64,000 bases of DNA from the sequence record OR896822.1. One strand, given 5' to 3'. The DNA is from Salmonella phage vB_SenS-3. Numbering within the stretch: position 1 is the first letter of the stretch; every line of letters begins with the position of its first letter. Below, piece by piece: positions 29,729 through 38,944 of the stretch. A program made the translations under genes and the position numbers. Under the pieces are notes generated by a model. The model was not told the origin of the DNA. It saw only the letters and a program-made list of their open reading frames with translations, and searched no databases.

Positions 29729-29757
29729 ATTATACAATAATTATGAGTAGTTGCCAA
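29729..29757 (-). promoter_or_regulatory. T5 early-type sigma70 promoter (distal of tandem pair)
   Basis: Minus strand TTGGCA-17-TATAAT followed by ATATACATAAATTTGAGAGAG; shares an exact 21-nt block with the proximal promoter. Confidence 0.6.
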
Positions 29758-29765
29758 ATGCAATT

Positions 29766-30296
29766 TTACTTATCTAAGTCCTCACGTCGGCAAATATATC
29801 CTTTAAATAGTTCTTGCCTGGAATCCATACCTAGATGCTGTACTCTAAGTTCATTAGCTTTATTTATAGCTAATTCTAATTCCTCATAAGGGAATAATCC
29901 ACCATATATTTTAACACCTATACAGTTAGTTATTTCTACCTTCCATTTAGAAGAATTAGTATCCCAATGTACGCCTAAGTATCCAGAAGTACTTCTAGTG
30001 TTTCTATTTCTGCAGTTTTGCTGATGTGTGGTCTCTCGCAAGTTACTCCACCTATTATCCCACCTTATACGATTAATATGGTCTATCTCTTCTGGAAACC
30101 TGCCTTCCATATATAGGAAGGCAAGCCTATGTGCAGGATAAGATATTTTATCTATTTTTATATAGACATAATCATTAGAGTTACGAGATCCAGCAATACT
30201 TCCCTTTGCAGCTCTACCTTTAGCTACTCTACGAGTAAAATCACCTGTATCTGGATTATACTCGAAAAGTTCTTTGAGCTTATCTTGTGTTATCAT
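29766..30296 (-). CDS. HNH homing endonuclease
   Basis: 176 aa; motif YPAHRLAFLYMEGRFPEEIDHINRIRWDNRWSNL; N-terminus MITQ...FEY shared with the HNH at 42416..42874. Confidence 0.7.
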   Translation of the reverse strand: MITQDKLKELFEYNPDTGDFTRRVAKGRAAKGSIAGSRNSNDYVYIKIDKISYPAHRLAFLYMEGRFPEEIDHINRIRWDNRWSNLRETTHQQNCRNRNTRSTSGYLGVHWDTNSSKWKVEITNCIGVKIYGGLFPYEELELAINKANELRVQHLGMDSRQELFKGYICRREDLDK

Positions 30297-30297
30297 T

Positions 30298-31644
30298 TTA
30301 TACCTTAAATACTTCCTGGGCTAATCTAACTGCTTTCTCCGGAGTCATAGTAATAGTTTTCCATGCGTTATTGCGATATACGGCCATACGTCCAGAAGCC
30401 TGTCTTAAACCAGTACCTCCTTTCATAATTAAATCTACAACAATCGGATCTAGTTTTCCGTCAACAATACGTTGAACGCGACCTGCTAGCTGTTCTATGA
30501 GAGATTCATTATTAATGAGACTTCCCATTATTAAACAAGATAGCTCGTTAAGAGAAATACCTTCTGAGAAGATACTCTGAGCTGATGCAAGTACACAAGG
30601 TCCGCCCTCCGCTACATCTTTCTGGATTCTCAATCGATCATCCAAAGGAGTTGCACCTATAATCTCATAGGTTGTAACACCACGTTGTGCGAGAGCTTCT
30701 AGTATTGTTTGAATTAGTTCTGTTCTATCACTTACAAAGAGAACCTTATGCCCCATAGACACATATAAATGAGCTAGATTTATAATAGTCTCTCGATATT
30801 CAGGATGGTTATACACATCGTTAGCACGTAATGCCCACGGTACGTTCTGGTTTCCTGATAACTCAACAGGCACGGAGTACCTATGGATTGTGGGTGGAAT
30901 AGTGTTATTGACAGGTGGACTAAAGATCTTATATCCAAAGAAATCTTTGAACATAACTTGTAGGCCATCTTTACGTTTTAACGTACCCGATAAACCAATC
31001 TTGTAGCGAGCACATGAGATCTCTAGGAAATTAGTGAAAGTTGTAGCTACACAGTGGTGAACTTCATCAACTATAACAGTACCGAACACCTTAGAAAGAT
31101 TATTCGCATGTTTGTTCACTGTTTGTATATTACTGACCACGATTGGTGGATCAGTGTTATACTTTCCAGAACCTATAATACCAGGCTCAAATCCAAACCA
31201 TTTACGAACTTCTGCAGCCCACATTTCACGAATGGATGTGTTGGTACAGATTACCAGAGTTTTCTGGCCAAACTTATATGCAAGAGCTAGCGCTAAGATA
31301 GTTTTACCAAATCCAGGCTTACCATTAATAATACAAGTATCATCACACTCTTCATATATAGGAAGCTGATCTTCTTCACGTAGCTTGAACTGAGGTTCTG
31401 GTATTTCTACAGGAGCTAACGTGCGTTTATCAACTAATTCGTATTTCACTCCCTTAGCATCTAGTAAATCCAGACGCGTAATGGGGATCCACTTAATCTC
31501 TTTAGCAACAACACCACTATTCTTATACATAATAGGGTATTTACTAGTCATTGTCTCAATGTGATAAGTGGTTTGCTTACTACAATAATCCCAGAGTTCA
31601 TCATCGGGCTTGAAATAGGCTTTATTAGATATAACAACCTTCAT
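30298..31644 (-). CDS. SF2 DNA helicase (D10-like)
   Basis: 448 aa; Walker A GKPGFGKT; DEVH box VIVDEVHH; helicase C-terminal domain motifs. Confidence 0.75.
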   Translation of the reverse strand: MKVVISNKAYFKPDDELWDYCSKQTTYHIETMTSKYPIMYKNSGVVAKEIKWIPITRLDLLDAKGVKYELVDKRTLAPVEIPEPQFKLREEDQLPIYEECDDTCIINGKPGFGKTILALALAYKFGQKTLVICTNTSIREMWAAEVRKWFGFEPGIIGSGKYNTDPPIVVSNIQTVNKHANNLSKVFGTVIVDEVHHCVATTFTNFLEISCARYKIGLSGTLKRKDGLQVMFKDFFGYKIFSPPVNNTIPPTIHRYSVPVELSGNQNVPWALRANDVYNHPEYRETIINLAHLYVSMGHKVLFVSDRTELIQTILEALAQRGVTTYEIIGATPLDDRLRIQKDVAEGGPCVLASAQSIFSEGISLNELSCLIMGSLINNESLIEQLAGRVQRIVDGKLDPIVVDLIMKGGTGLRQASGRMAVYRNNAWKTITMTPEKAVRLAQEVFKV

Positions 31645-32138
31645 AATTTTATTCTAAGTCTAGGAATTTCAGGCTCCTCTTGATGGACTTGATAAATAAC
31701 AGGGCTATTATTTACCAGAATATAGCTTATATAAGCTGGAACGTAGGATAGCACGAATGGGTATGGGACTTTAGCCACATAACATTGATACTTTCCATTA
31801 TAAATTCTTGCAGAATGCAGAACTTTAGACGTGATAACATCGTAGAACGTAGTTTTCTTCCAGTTAATGAGATTTCCATCAGAATCTATGAACTGGCTAC
31901 GCTTTGACCCAACTAATTGGGACAACATTGATATTCTACCACGAATAGGGTAGAGCTTATACGGTAATTCTTTCCGCTTCTCAAATAAGGCTAACCTACG
32001 TTGAGAGAATGTGCCAGGCAACTCCCTGTTATCTAGCACATATTTATTATATCTTGTTGTAATTACGGAATAATCACCTTCCTGCTCAATTGATACAAAC
32101 GCCCGTAAAGCATATACGGGCAATTTGAAATCAAGCAC
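31641..32138 (-). CDS. hypothetical protein
   Basis: 165-aa ORF between DNA polymerase and helicase genes, overlapping both by a few nt. Confidence 0.45.
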   Translation of the reverse strand: MLDFKLPVYALRAFVSIEQEGDYSVITTRYNKYVLDNRELPGTFSQRRLALFEKRKELPYKLYPIRGRISMLSQLVGSKRSQFIDSDGNLINWKKTTFYDVITSKVLHSARIYNGKYQCYVAKVPYPFVLSYVPAYISYILVNNSPVIYQVHQEEPEIPRLRIKL

Positions 32139-34698
32139 CTAAAATCCTTTTCACATTATCCAGATCTTTACATACAGCAATAAACTTATCATCCTTGTAC
32201 TTGCTGTGGTCTGGATGCTCTTTATCCATTGCAGCTAACTTCTTATACTCGAAATCTGCATCGAGTAATACACCCTTAACATAACGAGTATATTCATCAT
32301 CATCAATACAAGCGATTGATGGGTGCTGTTTCTTCATCTTACCACAAGAGTAGTCGCGAGAACCACCTTTCTCAGAATCAGAATCAATACCGATTGGGCA
32401 ACCAGGGATACTAATACCACGATCCTTCTGGATGTTACGAATCAGAATCTCGTTATACTGATCGATCAGATCTTCACGTACAATGGCAACCACGGAGTCG
32501 TGAACCAACATGACGATCTTCATCTCTTTTCCTAGACCCAGTGACAGGATTTCTTCATCAGCATCAATAGCACCTAACAACAGGCTATCAGAAGATGCAG
32601 ACTGAATGATTGCGTTAAATCCAGAACGGATTTCTTCACCTTGAACACCACGATCTTCGGAATGGATGTTGTGCAGACGACGCTTACGACCAAAGTGACT
32701 ATAGATGAATCCAAAGTTCTTGATCTGATCGTGGCACTTATCAATCCAACGCTTAAGCTGAGGGAACTGACCGAAGTAAGTTTCGATATAGTCCTTAGCA
32801 TCTGCAACGGTACATTCAACAAACGGTTCGCCTGTCTTAGCAGCCTGTTCCAGAAGAGCTTCGTTAACAGAATGAGCTACTTTCGCTGGGCCAGAACCAT
32901 ACAGAATACCGAAGGTAATTGCCTTAGCAGCCTGACGCAGAGCTGGGAACAGCTTTTTAACATCACGTGGTTCACAGGTCAGTTTAAATACCATGTGTGC
33001 GATGTTTGAGTGGAAGTCAGGGTATTTATCCGGCTCATTCTTCATGTTGATAAATACTTGTTGCATGTTTCTGTCACCAGACAGTACAGCAGCGTAATAA
33101 ACTTCCGCAGTTGTTAAGTCCCATGCGATTACACGATATCCAGGGGGAGCTACTACACAACCCTTGATAATAGATTCATCACGTGGTAACTGTTGCAGGT
33201 TTAGCTTACCAGAAGAACTCAGACGACCAGAAGTAGTCATGTGTTCGTGGAAACCGGTACGAATGCAACCATCTGCATCGATGCTCAGAAGAATCTTCTC
33301 AACATAAGTAGAGATCAGCTTAGTCAGCTTACGAATCTCTAGCAGAGTTTTAGCAATCGGGTGCTGAGTAGCCAGTTCATTCAGAGCTTCTGCATTTGTA
33401 GAATCTGCACCTGTATCCGTCAGTTTACCAGTTGGAGTCAAACCAACATAATCAAACAGAAGAACACGGAGTTGCTTAACAGAGTTCGGGTTAAACGCCT
33501 CGTTCTGATTCTTCTCCAGCTGAACGACTTCTGGATAAGTATACAGCTTCTCACGAGCCATATTTAATCGATGTGTCAACTGATACTGAGCTTCTTTCAA
33601 GCGATCAACGGAAATCGGTACACCACGATCTTCAACACGTTGCAGGAATACACAACCAGGCATCAGAACTTCGTAGTATAGACTGCAAAGCTTTTCGTTC
33701 TTCTCAATTTTTGGTAAGAAGAAGTTATGCAGACGCAGAGTAGCATCGGTATCTTTTGCAGCATATGGCCACATAATATCAAAAGGAATCAGATCATAGC
33801 TGAAATCCTCTTTTTTGATCTTATGTGCCTTGCAATAATCATCCTTGAACTTATCCAGTTCAAAGTCATAATCGCCCATGTCAGTATACTTCATAGCCAG
33901 AGATTTCAAGCCGTGAGTACCACGACGTTCATCAAGAACATAGTGTTGCAACATGGTATCATGAAGTCTACGCTCTTTATGTGCTTTCTCGAAGGAAAGT
34001 CTTAGATGATAGGAGTAAAAGTGCATATCGAACTTCAAGTTATGAAAAACGATCTGATGATTCTTGCTATCCAGAATTTTCTGGAGATAATGTACAGCTA
34101 CTTCGGTAATGCTGTCAGAGTCAATATAGACACCCTGATACTCTTGGTGAGACATAGAAACACCAAGAAGATAACCATCACGAGCATACAGAGCTGAGGT
34201 TTCGGAGTCGAATGCGATAGGTCCGATAACCATGTTATACACCATCTTGATGTATTCTTCAGCTTCGTCTGGATCAGTAATAGGACGATAATCACCAGCT
34301 TTTGCAATCTTCTCACGACCATTAATAATGTCGTGAATACTTTCAACAGTAGCATCGAAAACTGGTTTCATTTCAGGTTTAAAGTGTAGCTGAGCTGGAC
34401 TAATACTTGCAATCCAGTTGGCATAGCCACCATGCTCTACACGTTTACCAGTATAATCACCGATACCTTTCTTACCTGCGAAGTACAGGAAAGGTTCAGC
34501 ACCGACTAGCACAACAAAATCGTAATCGTTCGGATCGAACGGGTTATCTGGAGTTCCGATTGTAATATGCTTTTTCAGCAAACGACCAGATAACTTCTCG
34601 TTACACATATGGAATACATCAACTTCCTCACCATAAAGCTGGAAGTGTTTATCATAACGAGTGTTATTTAGAGCTTTATCAACTACTGCAATTTTCAA
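32131..34698 (-). CDS. DNA polymerase (family A, with 3'-5' exonuclease domain)
   Basis: 855 aa; exo motif IAFDSETSAL; motif B-like KAITFGILYGSG; motif C-like LVHDSV; apparent TTG start with AAAGGAGA RBS; same length as T5 polymerase. Confidence 0.9.
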   Translation of the reverse strand: MKIAVVDKALNNTRYDKHFQLYGEEVDVFHMCNEKLSGRLLKKHITIGTPDNPFDPNDYDFVVLVGAEPFLYFAGKKGIGDYTGKRVEHGGYANWIASISPAQLHFKPEMKPVFDATVESIHDIINGREKIAKAGDYRPITDPDEAEEYIKMVYNMVIGPIAFDSETSALYARDGYLLGVSMSHQEYQGVYIDSDSITEVAVHYLQKILDSKNHQIVFHNLKFDMHFYSYHLRLSFEKAHKERRLHDTMLQHYVLDERRGTHGLKSLAMKYTDMGDYDFELDKFKDDYCKAHKIKKEDFSYDLIPFDIMWPYAAKDTDATLRLHNFFLPKIEKNEKLCSLYYEVLMPGCVFLQRVEDRGVPISVDRLKEAQYQLTHRLNMAREKLYTYPEVVQLEKNQNEAFNPNSVKQLRVLLFDYVGLTPTGKLTDTGADSTNAEALNELATQHPIAKTLLEIRKLTKLISTYVEKILLSIDADGCIRTGFHEHMTTSGRLSSSGKLNLQQLPRDESIIKGCVVAPPGYRVIAWDLTTAEVYYAAVLSGDRNMQQVFINMKNEPDKYPDFHSNIAHMVFKLTCEPRDVKKLFPALRQAAKAITFGILYGSGPAKVAHSVNEALLEQAAKTGEPFVECTVADAKDYIETYFGQFPQLKRWIDKCHDQIKNFGFIYSHFGRKRRLHNIHSEDRGVQGEEIRSGFNAIIQSASSDSLLLGAIDADEEILSLGLGKEMKIVMLVHDSVVAIVREDLIDQYNEILIRNIQKDRGISIPGCPIGIDSDSEKGGSRDYSCGKMKKQHPSIACIDDDEYTRYVKGVLLDADFEYKKLAAMDKEHPDHSKYKDDKFIAVCKDLDNVKRILGA

Positions 34699-34760
34699 AT
34701 TTAGTCTCCTTTTGGTAAGTAAGTATAACTTCAGTGTTTCTTCTCTAACTTACCAATATA

Positions 34761-35651
34761 TTATACCAAATCTTTGAGCGATTCGGCAACTAAAATTTCA
34801 ATACGTTGAGCCAACATATCGATCTCTTCTTTATTTAAATCACCTGGGTCTTTGCCTTCTGGAAGAAGGAAGTTACCAACTATAGGTGTTAAACGTGTTT
34901 TTGTACGAATTAGCTTCGCTAGTGCTTGGGCAGCTTTATTACCAGAGGCATCATTATCTAGCAAGATAACAACTACTCTTACTCCAGCAATAATGTAAGG
35001 ACTAAACTTATCCGCAATGTTATCAGATGTAAACTGATGTGTACCAAAGCAGCAAGAAGCATAATCTACACCATTGTCTTCTAGATTTAACATATCAAAG
35101 ATACCTTCAACTAGAACAAGAACTGGTGTATTATATCGTACAGGGAAAATCGGTGGTGAAACTTGTTTTGGTTTTACTAAGTATTTAGGAGGGGCAGAAC
35201 TGTTTATAGAACGTCCCAGGAATAGGATATTGCGTCCAACAGCATCTGTTATTGGGAATACAATTCTGCCTTCCCAGTCTGCTTGATGTTGGAAAGCAAA
35301 ATATTTCTTCAAGGTCTTAGAACTGATACCTCGGAAATCACCTTCGAAAAGGTAAGCAGATTCAGGAATTGCAAGATTCGTAGATCCATTCCTAATCTCT
35401 GAAATCTTTTTACGTACTTGTGACAATCTTGGGGACTGTCTGTACTGAGTCTCATTAAAATAATGGTAAATGCTCGGTATTCCTCTACCGAAGCCACAGC
35501 TCAAGCAATGCATAATACCTGATTCAGGATCAATACGCAAGCTTGGGTGTTTATCATCATGATCTGGATTGAGACAACAGATGAGGATGTCCCCACCTGT
35601 GTCTTTGTATTCAATGCCTTTCAGATCAAGTAGTTCTGTTATTCTACTCAT
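34761..35651 (-). CDS. DNA primase (DnaG-like, zinc finger + TOPRIM)
   Basis: 296 aa; zinc ribbon CLNPDHDDKHPS...CLSCGFG; TOPRIM-like LVEGIFDMLNL and acidic DNDASG. Confidence 0.75.
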   Translation of the reverse strand: MSRITELLDLKGIEYKDTGGDILICCLNPDHDDKHPSLRIDPESGIMHCLSCGFGRGIPSIYHYFNETQYRQSPRLSQVRKKISEIRNGSTNLAIPESAYLFEGDFRGISSKTLKKYFAFQHQADWEGRIVFPITDAVGRNILFLGRSINSSAPPKYLVKPKQVSPPIFPVRYNTPVLVLVEGIFDMLNLEDNGVDYASCCFGTHQFTSDNIADKFSPYIIAGVRVVVILLDNDASGNKAAQALAKLIRTKTRLTPIVGNFLLPEGKDPGDLNKEEIDMLAQRIEILVAESLKDLV

Positions 35652-37120
35652 ATATCGCTGGCCTGTTCACCTGTTGAATTTTCAGCTTTGTCTTTCTTAG
35701 CACGTTTAGGTTGAGCTGGTTTATCCTTTTCAATAGGAATAACGAACTCAGCTTCCATTTGCGCAATATCTTCCATTGCTAGGTTGGTAGTGTTATCCAT
35801 TCGCAGAGTTTCCCAGTTCATCTTAGGCATAAACTTCACACTATCAGAGGAACGAGTCTTAACGAAGTCAAACATAATAGCACCTTGACCATTATCAGCT
35901 TTTGCAGCATTAAGATTAGCAGCCATATCTGCGGAATCAAGAATCCCTTTAGACATACGCGTTCTACCATCTTGGTCAATCTGATAAGGAGCAACACCAG
36001 CCACGTTATGTTTCTGGCAGATAGATTTGAAAGACGAACTAACAACCATCTGTTCTTTCCAGTCATACATGTCAATGGTCTTTGAATCTGGAAGTCTTGT
36101 TTGGTTAATATAGTCTAGAAGAGCTACAGTAACCTTATCACCATACTTAGCAACTAGTTTATTTAATTCTACGTCAACCGTCGTAATAGACAGTTCAGGA
36201 TCGTAAACGATGATCATAGGAGTGTGAAGTTCATAGCTTTCAAGGAGTTTACTTTCCATATCATAGAAGTCACTCATTTTAGCCATAGTGTACTGCTTAA
36301 CGAAACTATCGAAAAGCTCTTCACCACCATTAAACATTCTAGCCCTAGTTCTGGCTAATCTCAACAGAGCAGCACCTTCAAGAGTGTTATTACGCATTGC
36401 TAATGCAGATACTCCAGCTAACATAGCCAGATTACGTCTAAACACTTCGTGCTCTTTCATCTCAATTGAGAAATATGGAGCAATGTCTCCATTCAAATAT
36501 TGCTGAACCTGTATGTTTGAACAGATAATGGATTTACCAGTACCACGCCAACCACCAAGCAGTAACGTTTCTGTGCGAGCTAAACCAATTTGAGCGTCGA
36601 ACTCATTACAAATACCAAGAGCGATCAAGTTCAGTTTGGTATCTTCTTCTCTCTGGAAAATACGCATTGTGTCCGCGTTGAATACCTTTCCAGTATTCGT
36701 TACTTTCTCTTCTAATTTTAAGTGAAGGGAGGCAACTCGATTGAGAATTTCTCCCTGATCCAGCATTGTTAAATCTTGAAGCACGTCTGTTTCTAGAAGT
36801 TTCAGGAATAGATCCTGTGTATATTCAGCTTCTAGGACTTCAAGTGCCTGTTCCATGCTCACTTCTGGAATTTGAGTGTTAGCTAAGACGACAAGAGCTT
36901 GAGAAAGGCGGGCGTTCCTATTGGCCTCAAGCATCAGTGCGTCAATGGACGGCATTGCGTTATATTTCTTATAATAATTCTGGACGGCTTGGTAAATTGA
37001 GGAGAAAGCGTCATTAAAATGATCTTTATGCAGTTTTGAGAATGTTTCCAATGCTATTTGCTTCTGTTCAGAAGCGAGAAGCATCTTCAACACTACAGCT
37101 TGCACGTTAAACAAGGTCAT
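35648..37120 (-). CDS. replicative DNA helicase (DnaB-like)
   Basis: Walker A GGWRGTGKS; RecA-like core. Start moved to ATG at 37120 with AAAGGAGA RBS; ORF track gives 37171. Confidence 0.75.
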   Translation of the reverse strand: MTLFNVQAVVLKMLLASEQKQIALETFSKLHKDHFNDAFSSIYQAVQNYYKKYNAMPSIDALMLEANRNARLSQALVVLANTQIPEVSMEQALEVLEAEYTQDLFLKLLETDVLQDLTMLDQGEILNRVASLHLKLEEKVTNTGKVFNADTMRIFQREEDTKLNLIALGICNEFDAQIGLARTETLLLGGWRGTGKSIICSNIQVQQYLNGDIAPYFSIEMKEHEVFRRNLAMLAGVSALAMRNNTLEGAALLRLARTRARMFNGGEELFDSFVKQYTMAKMSDFYDMESKLLESYELHTPMIIVYDPELSITTVDVELNKLVAKYGDKVTVALLDYINQTRLPDSKTIDMYDWKEQMVVSSSFKSICQKHNVAGVAPYQIDQDGRTRMSKGILDSADMAANLNAAKADNGQGAIMFDFVKTRSSDSVKFMPKMNWETLRMDNTTNLAMEDIAQMEAEFVIPIEKDKPAQPKRAKKDKAENSTGEQASDI

Positions 37121-37202
37121 TCTCCTTTGCACGCTTTCGTGCCTTCTAAATGCAAAAAGGGGAAGGAGCATAGCCCCCTCCCCTTAGGTTTAATTTACCA
37201 GA

Positions 37203-37970
37203 TTATTCAGCAGCCGCAGCTTTTGCATCCAGTTTAGCACGCTTAGCGGCACCATCATAGTCCTTAGCAACCAGACCACGACGAGACAGCATAGATTTAA
37301 CACCGCGCTCAGACTTACCAGTTTTCTCAGCGATCTCAGCAACAGTCATGTTAGCCAGATCCAGACCTTCTAACAGATCTTCACGAGTTTTAGCACTTGA
37401 AGTTTCCTGTACCGGCATAGCAGCGATACGACCTTCACGAAGCAGGCTCAGAGCTTTACCACGGATCTGCTTAATATTGCGACCGAAGTGAGCAGCGATA
37501 GCTTCAATAGTAGCACCAGCAACAACCTGATTAACGAAATCAGTTTCTTCGTCAGGAGTGAAGGAACGAACAGCAGCAGTTTTTTCAGTTGGCTTAACAG
37601 AAGCAGTCATTTCCAGACTCAGGATCTTACCCTGTACCTGCTTAGCACCGAACTGACCACCAGCTACAGCAGCAGCGATTTCAGCGTAAGTATACTGACC
37701 AGCATGAGCGTTCAGGAAATCAACCAGTTCAGCTTCCTGTTCAGGAGTCCACGGGGATTTCTGTACTTCGTTAGCTTTCTGTACTTCGAAACCTTCTTTA
37801 CGCAGCTTAGAGCCAACAGAGCGAGCGGTAACGTCTTTACCAGTCTCGGTAGCCAGTTCAGCAGCGATAGCAGCTACTTGTTCTTGAGAGATTACAGCAA
37901 CACCCAGAGCAGTGGCTTTTGCTTTCAGAGACTCGGTTACACCTTCTACGTTCCAGTTCAGTTTAGACAT
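37203..37970 (-). CDS. DNA-binding protein with four HTH-like repeats (possibly D5-like)
   Basis: 255 aa; repeated units AEIAAAVAGGQFGAKQVQGKILSL / IEAIAAHFGRNIKQIRGKALSL / VAEIAEKTGKSERGVKSMLSRRGL; optimised codon usage; GGAG RBS. Confidence 0.5.
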   Translation of the reverse strand: MSKLNWNVEGVTESLKAKATALGVAVISQEQVAAIAAELATETGKDVTARSVGSKLRKEGFEVQKANEVQKSPWTPEQEAELVDFLNAHAGQYTYAEIAAAVAGGQFGAKQVQGKILSLEMTASVKPTEKTAAVRSFTPDEETDFVNQVVAGATIEAIAAHFGRNIKQIRGKALSLLREGRIAAMPVQETSSAKTREDLLEGLDLANMTVAEIAEKTGKSERGVKSMLSRRGLVAKDYDGAAKRAKLDAKAAAAE

Positions 37971-38745
37971 TATTATTTTTCTCCAATAGTTCTTTAATCG
38001 ACAGGATTTCTATCCCATTCGTTTCGGCTTTCTTATAAGATGAGGAAGAACGTTTTGATTCATCCTCACAGATTAGGTATTTGACGTCTTTGGTAACGGA
38101 CTTCTTGACCGTATATCCTAGACTTTCTAAATAGTTTGTTGCATCCGTTCGATTTGCAAAATCTTGCAAAGATCCGGTAATACAGATCGTGATTCCATTT
38201 GGCTGGGCAACTAAATCATCCGTAATGATGATATCAGCTTTAGTACCTCGAATACCAGTTGAGAATTTCCATGGTAATTCAATAACATCCTTGCCTTGTG
38301 GGGAATTTAGCCAGGTTTTGTAATTTTCTCCAGCCTTGCCGTCAGCCTTCACATCGTGGAAGCTAGTGCAATTTTGGGACAGTTTCTTTGCTGCAACCTC
38401 TCCAATAAGAGGAATTCCTAAAGAACCGAGAACCGAACCAAAGTCAATGTCTCCGCGAACCTTAGTATTTAACTCGCTAATCAACTTAGCGGCAACCTTG
38501 CTACCAACAGCTCCGACCAAATCTTCTTCGGTCAGGTAAAACAGTTCTGAGATCTTAGTCAGTTCCAGCTTCTCAATAGTTTTCGGGCCAAAGCCCTTTA
38601 ACTTCATTTTTGTGCAGAAGTTCTCGATTAACTTACTTGATTGCGCTGGACAGTTGGACTTATTCCTACAGAATAATTGCCCGTTGACAAGATCTAGCTT
38701 AGAACCACAAGAGGGACATTGTGTTGGAATTTCGATTTTCATCAA
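37963..38745 (-). CDS. NAD-dependent DNA ligase, C-terminal part (zinc finger, HhH, BRCT; subunit B)
   Basis: 260 aa beginning with zinc finger CPSCGSKLDLVNGQLFCRNKSNCPAQ, then HhH-like GFGPKTIEKL; own promoter upstream. Confidence 0.75.
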   Translation of the reverse strand: MMKIEIPTQCPSCGSKLDLVNGQLFCRNKSNCPAQSSKLIENFCTKMKLKGFGPKTIEKLELTKISELFYLTEEDLVGAVGSKVAAKLISELNTKVRGDIDFGSVLGSLGIPLIGEVAAKKLSQNCTSFHDVKADGKAGENYKTWLNSPQGKDVIELPWKFSTGIRGTKADIIITDDLVAQPNGITICITGSLQDFANRTDATNYLESLGYTVKKSVTKDVKYLICEDESKRSSSSYKKAETNGIEILSIKELLEKNNNV

Positions 38746-38772
38746 ATTTCTTCCTTATCAATTTATATAAAT

Positions 38773-38801
38773 ATTATAGCAAGTATTTAAGCATTTAGCA
38801 A
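38773..38801 (-). promoter_or_regulatory. T5 early-type promoter for ligase B part
   Basis: Minus strand TTGCTA-17-TATAAT followed by ATTTATATAAATTGATAAGGAAG and ATG. Confidence 0.6.
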
Positions 38802-38865
38802 CTACAATTTTAACTAACTTTGCTTACCCTCGCCATAACTTTCTATCCCTCAACTGAATGATAAT

Positions 38866-38894
38866 AGTATATACCTAAGCGGCGAAAATGTCAA
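38866..38894 (-). promoter_or_regulatory. second sigma70 promoter between ligase parts
   Basis: Minus strand TTGACA-17-TATACT. Confidence 0.45.
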
Positions 38895-38944
38895 TAACCA
38901 CTTTATAATTCCGACATGGTAAACGGGTAGCAAAGGGTTACGAA

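Noticed and set aside
37488-37997. 169-aa plus-strand ORF opposite the HTH-repeat protein gene
   Set aside because: Antisense shadow of a codon-optimised minus-strand gene; Ser-rich translation
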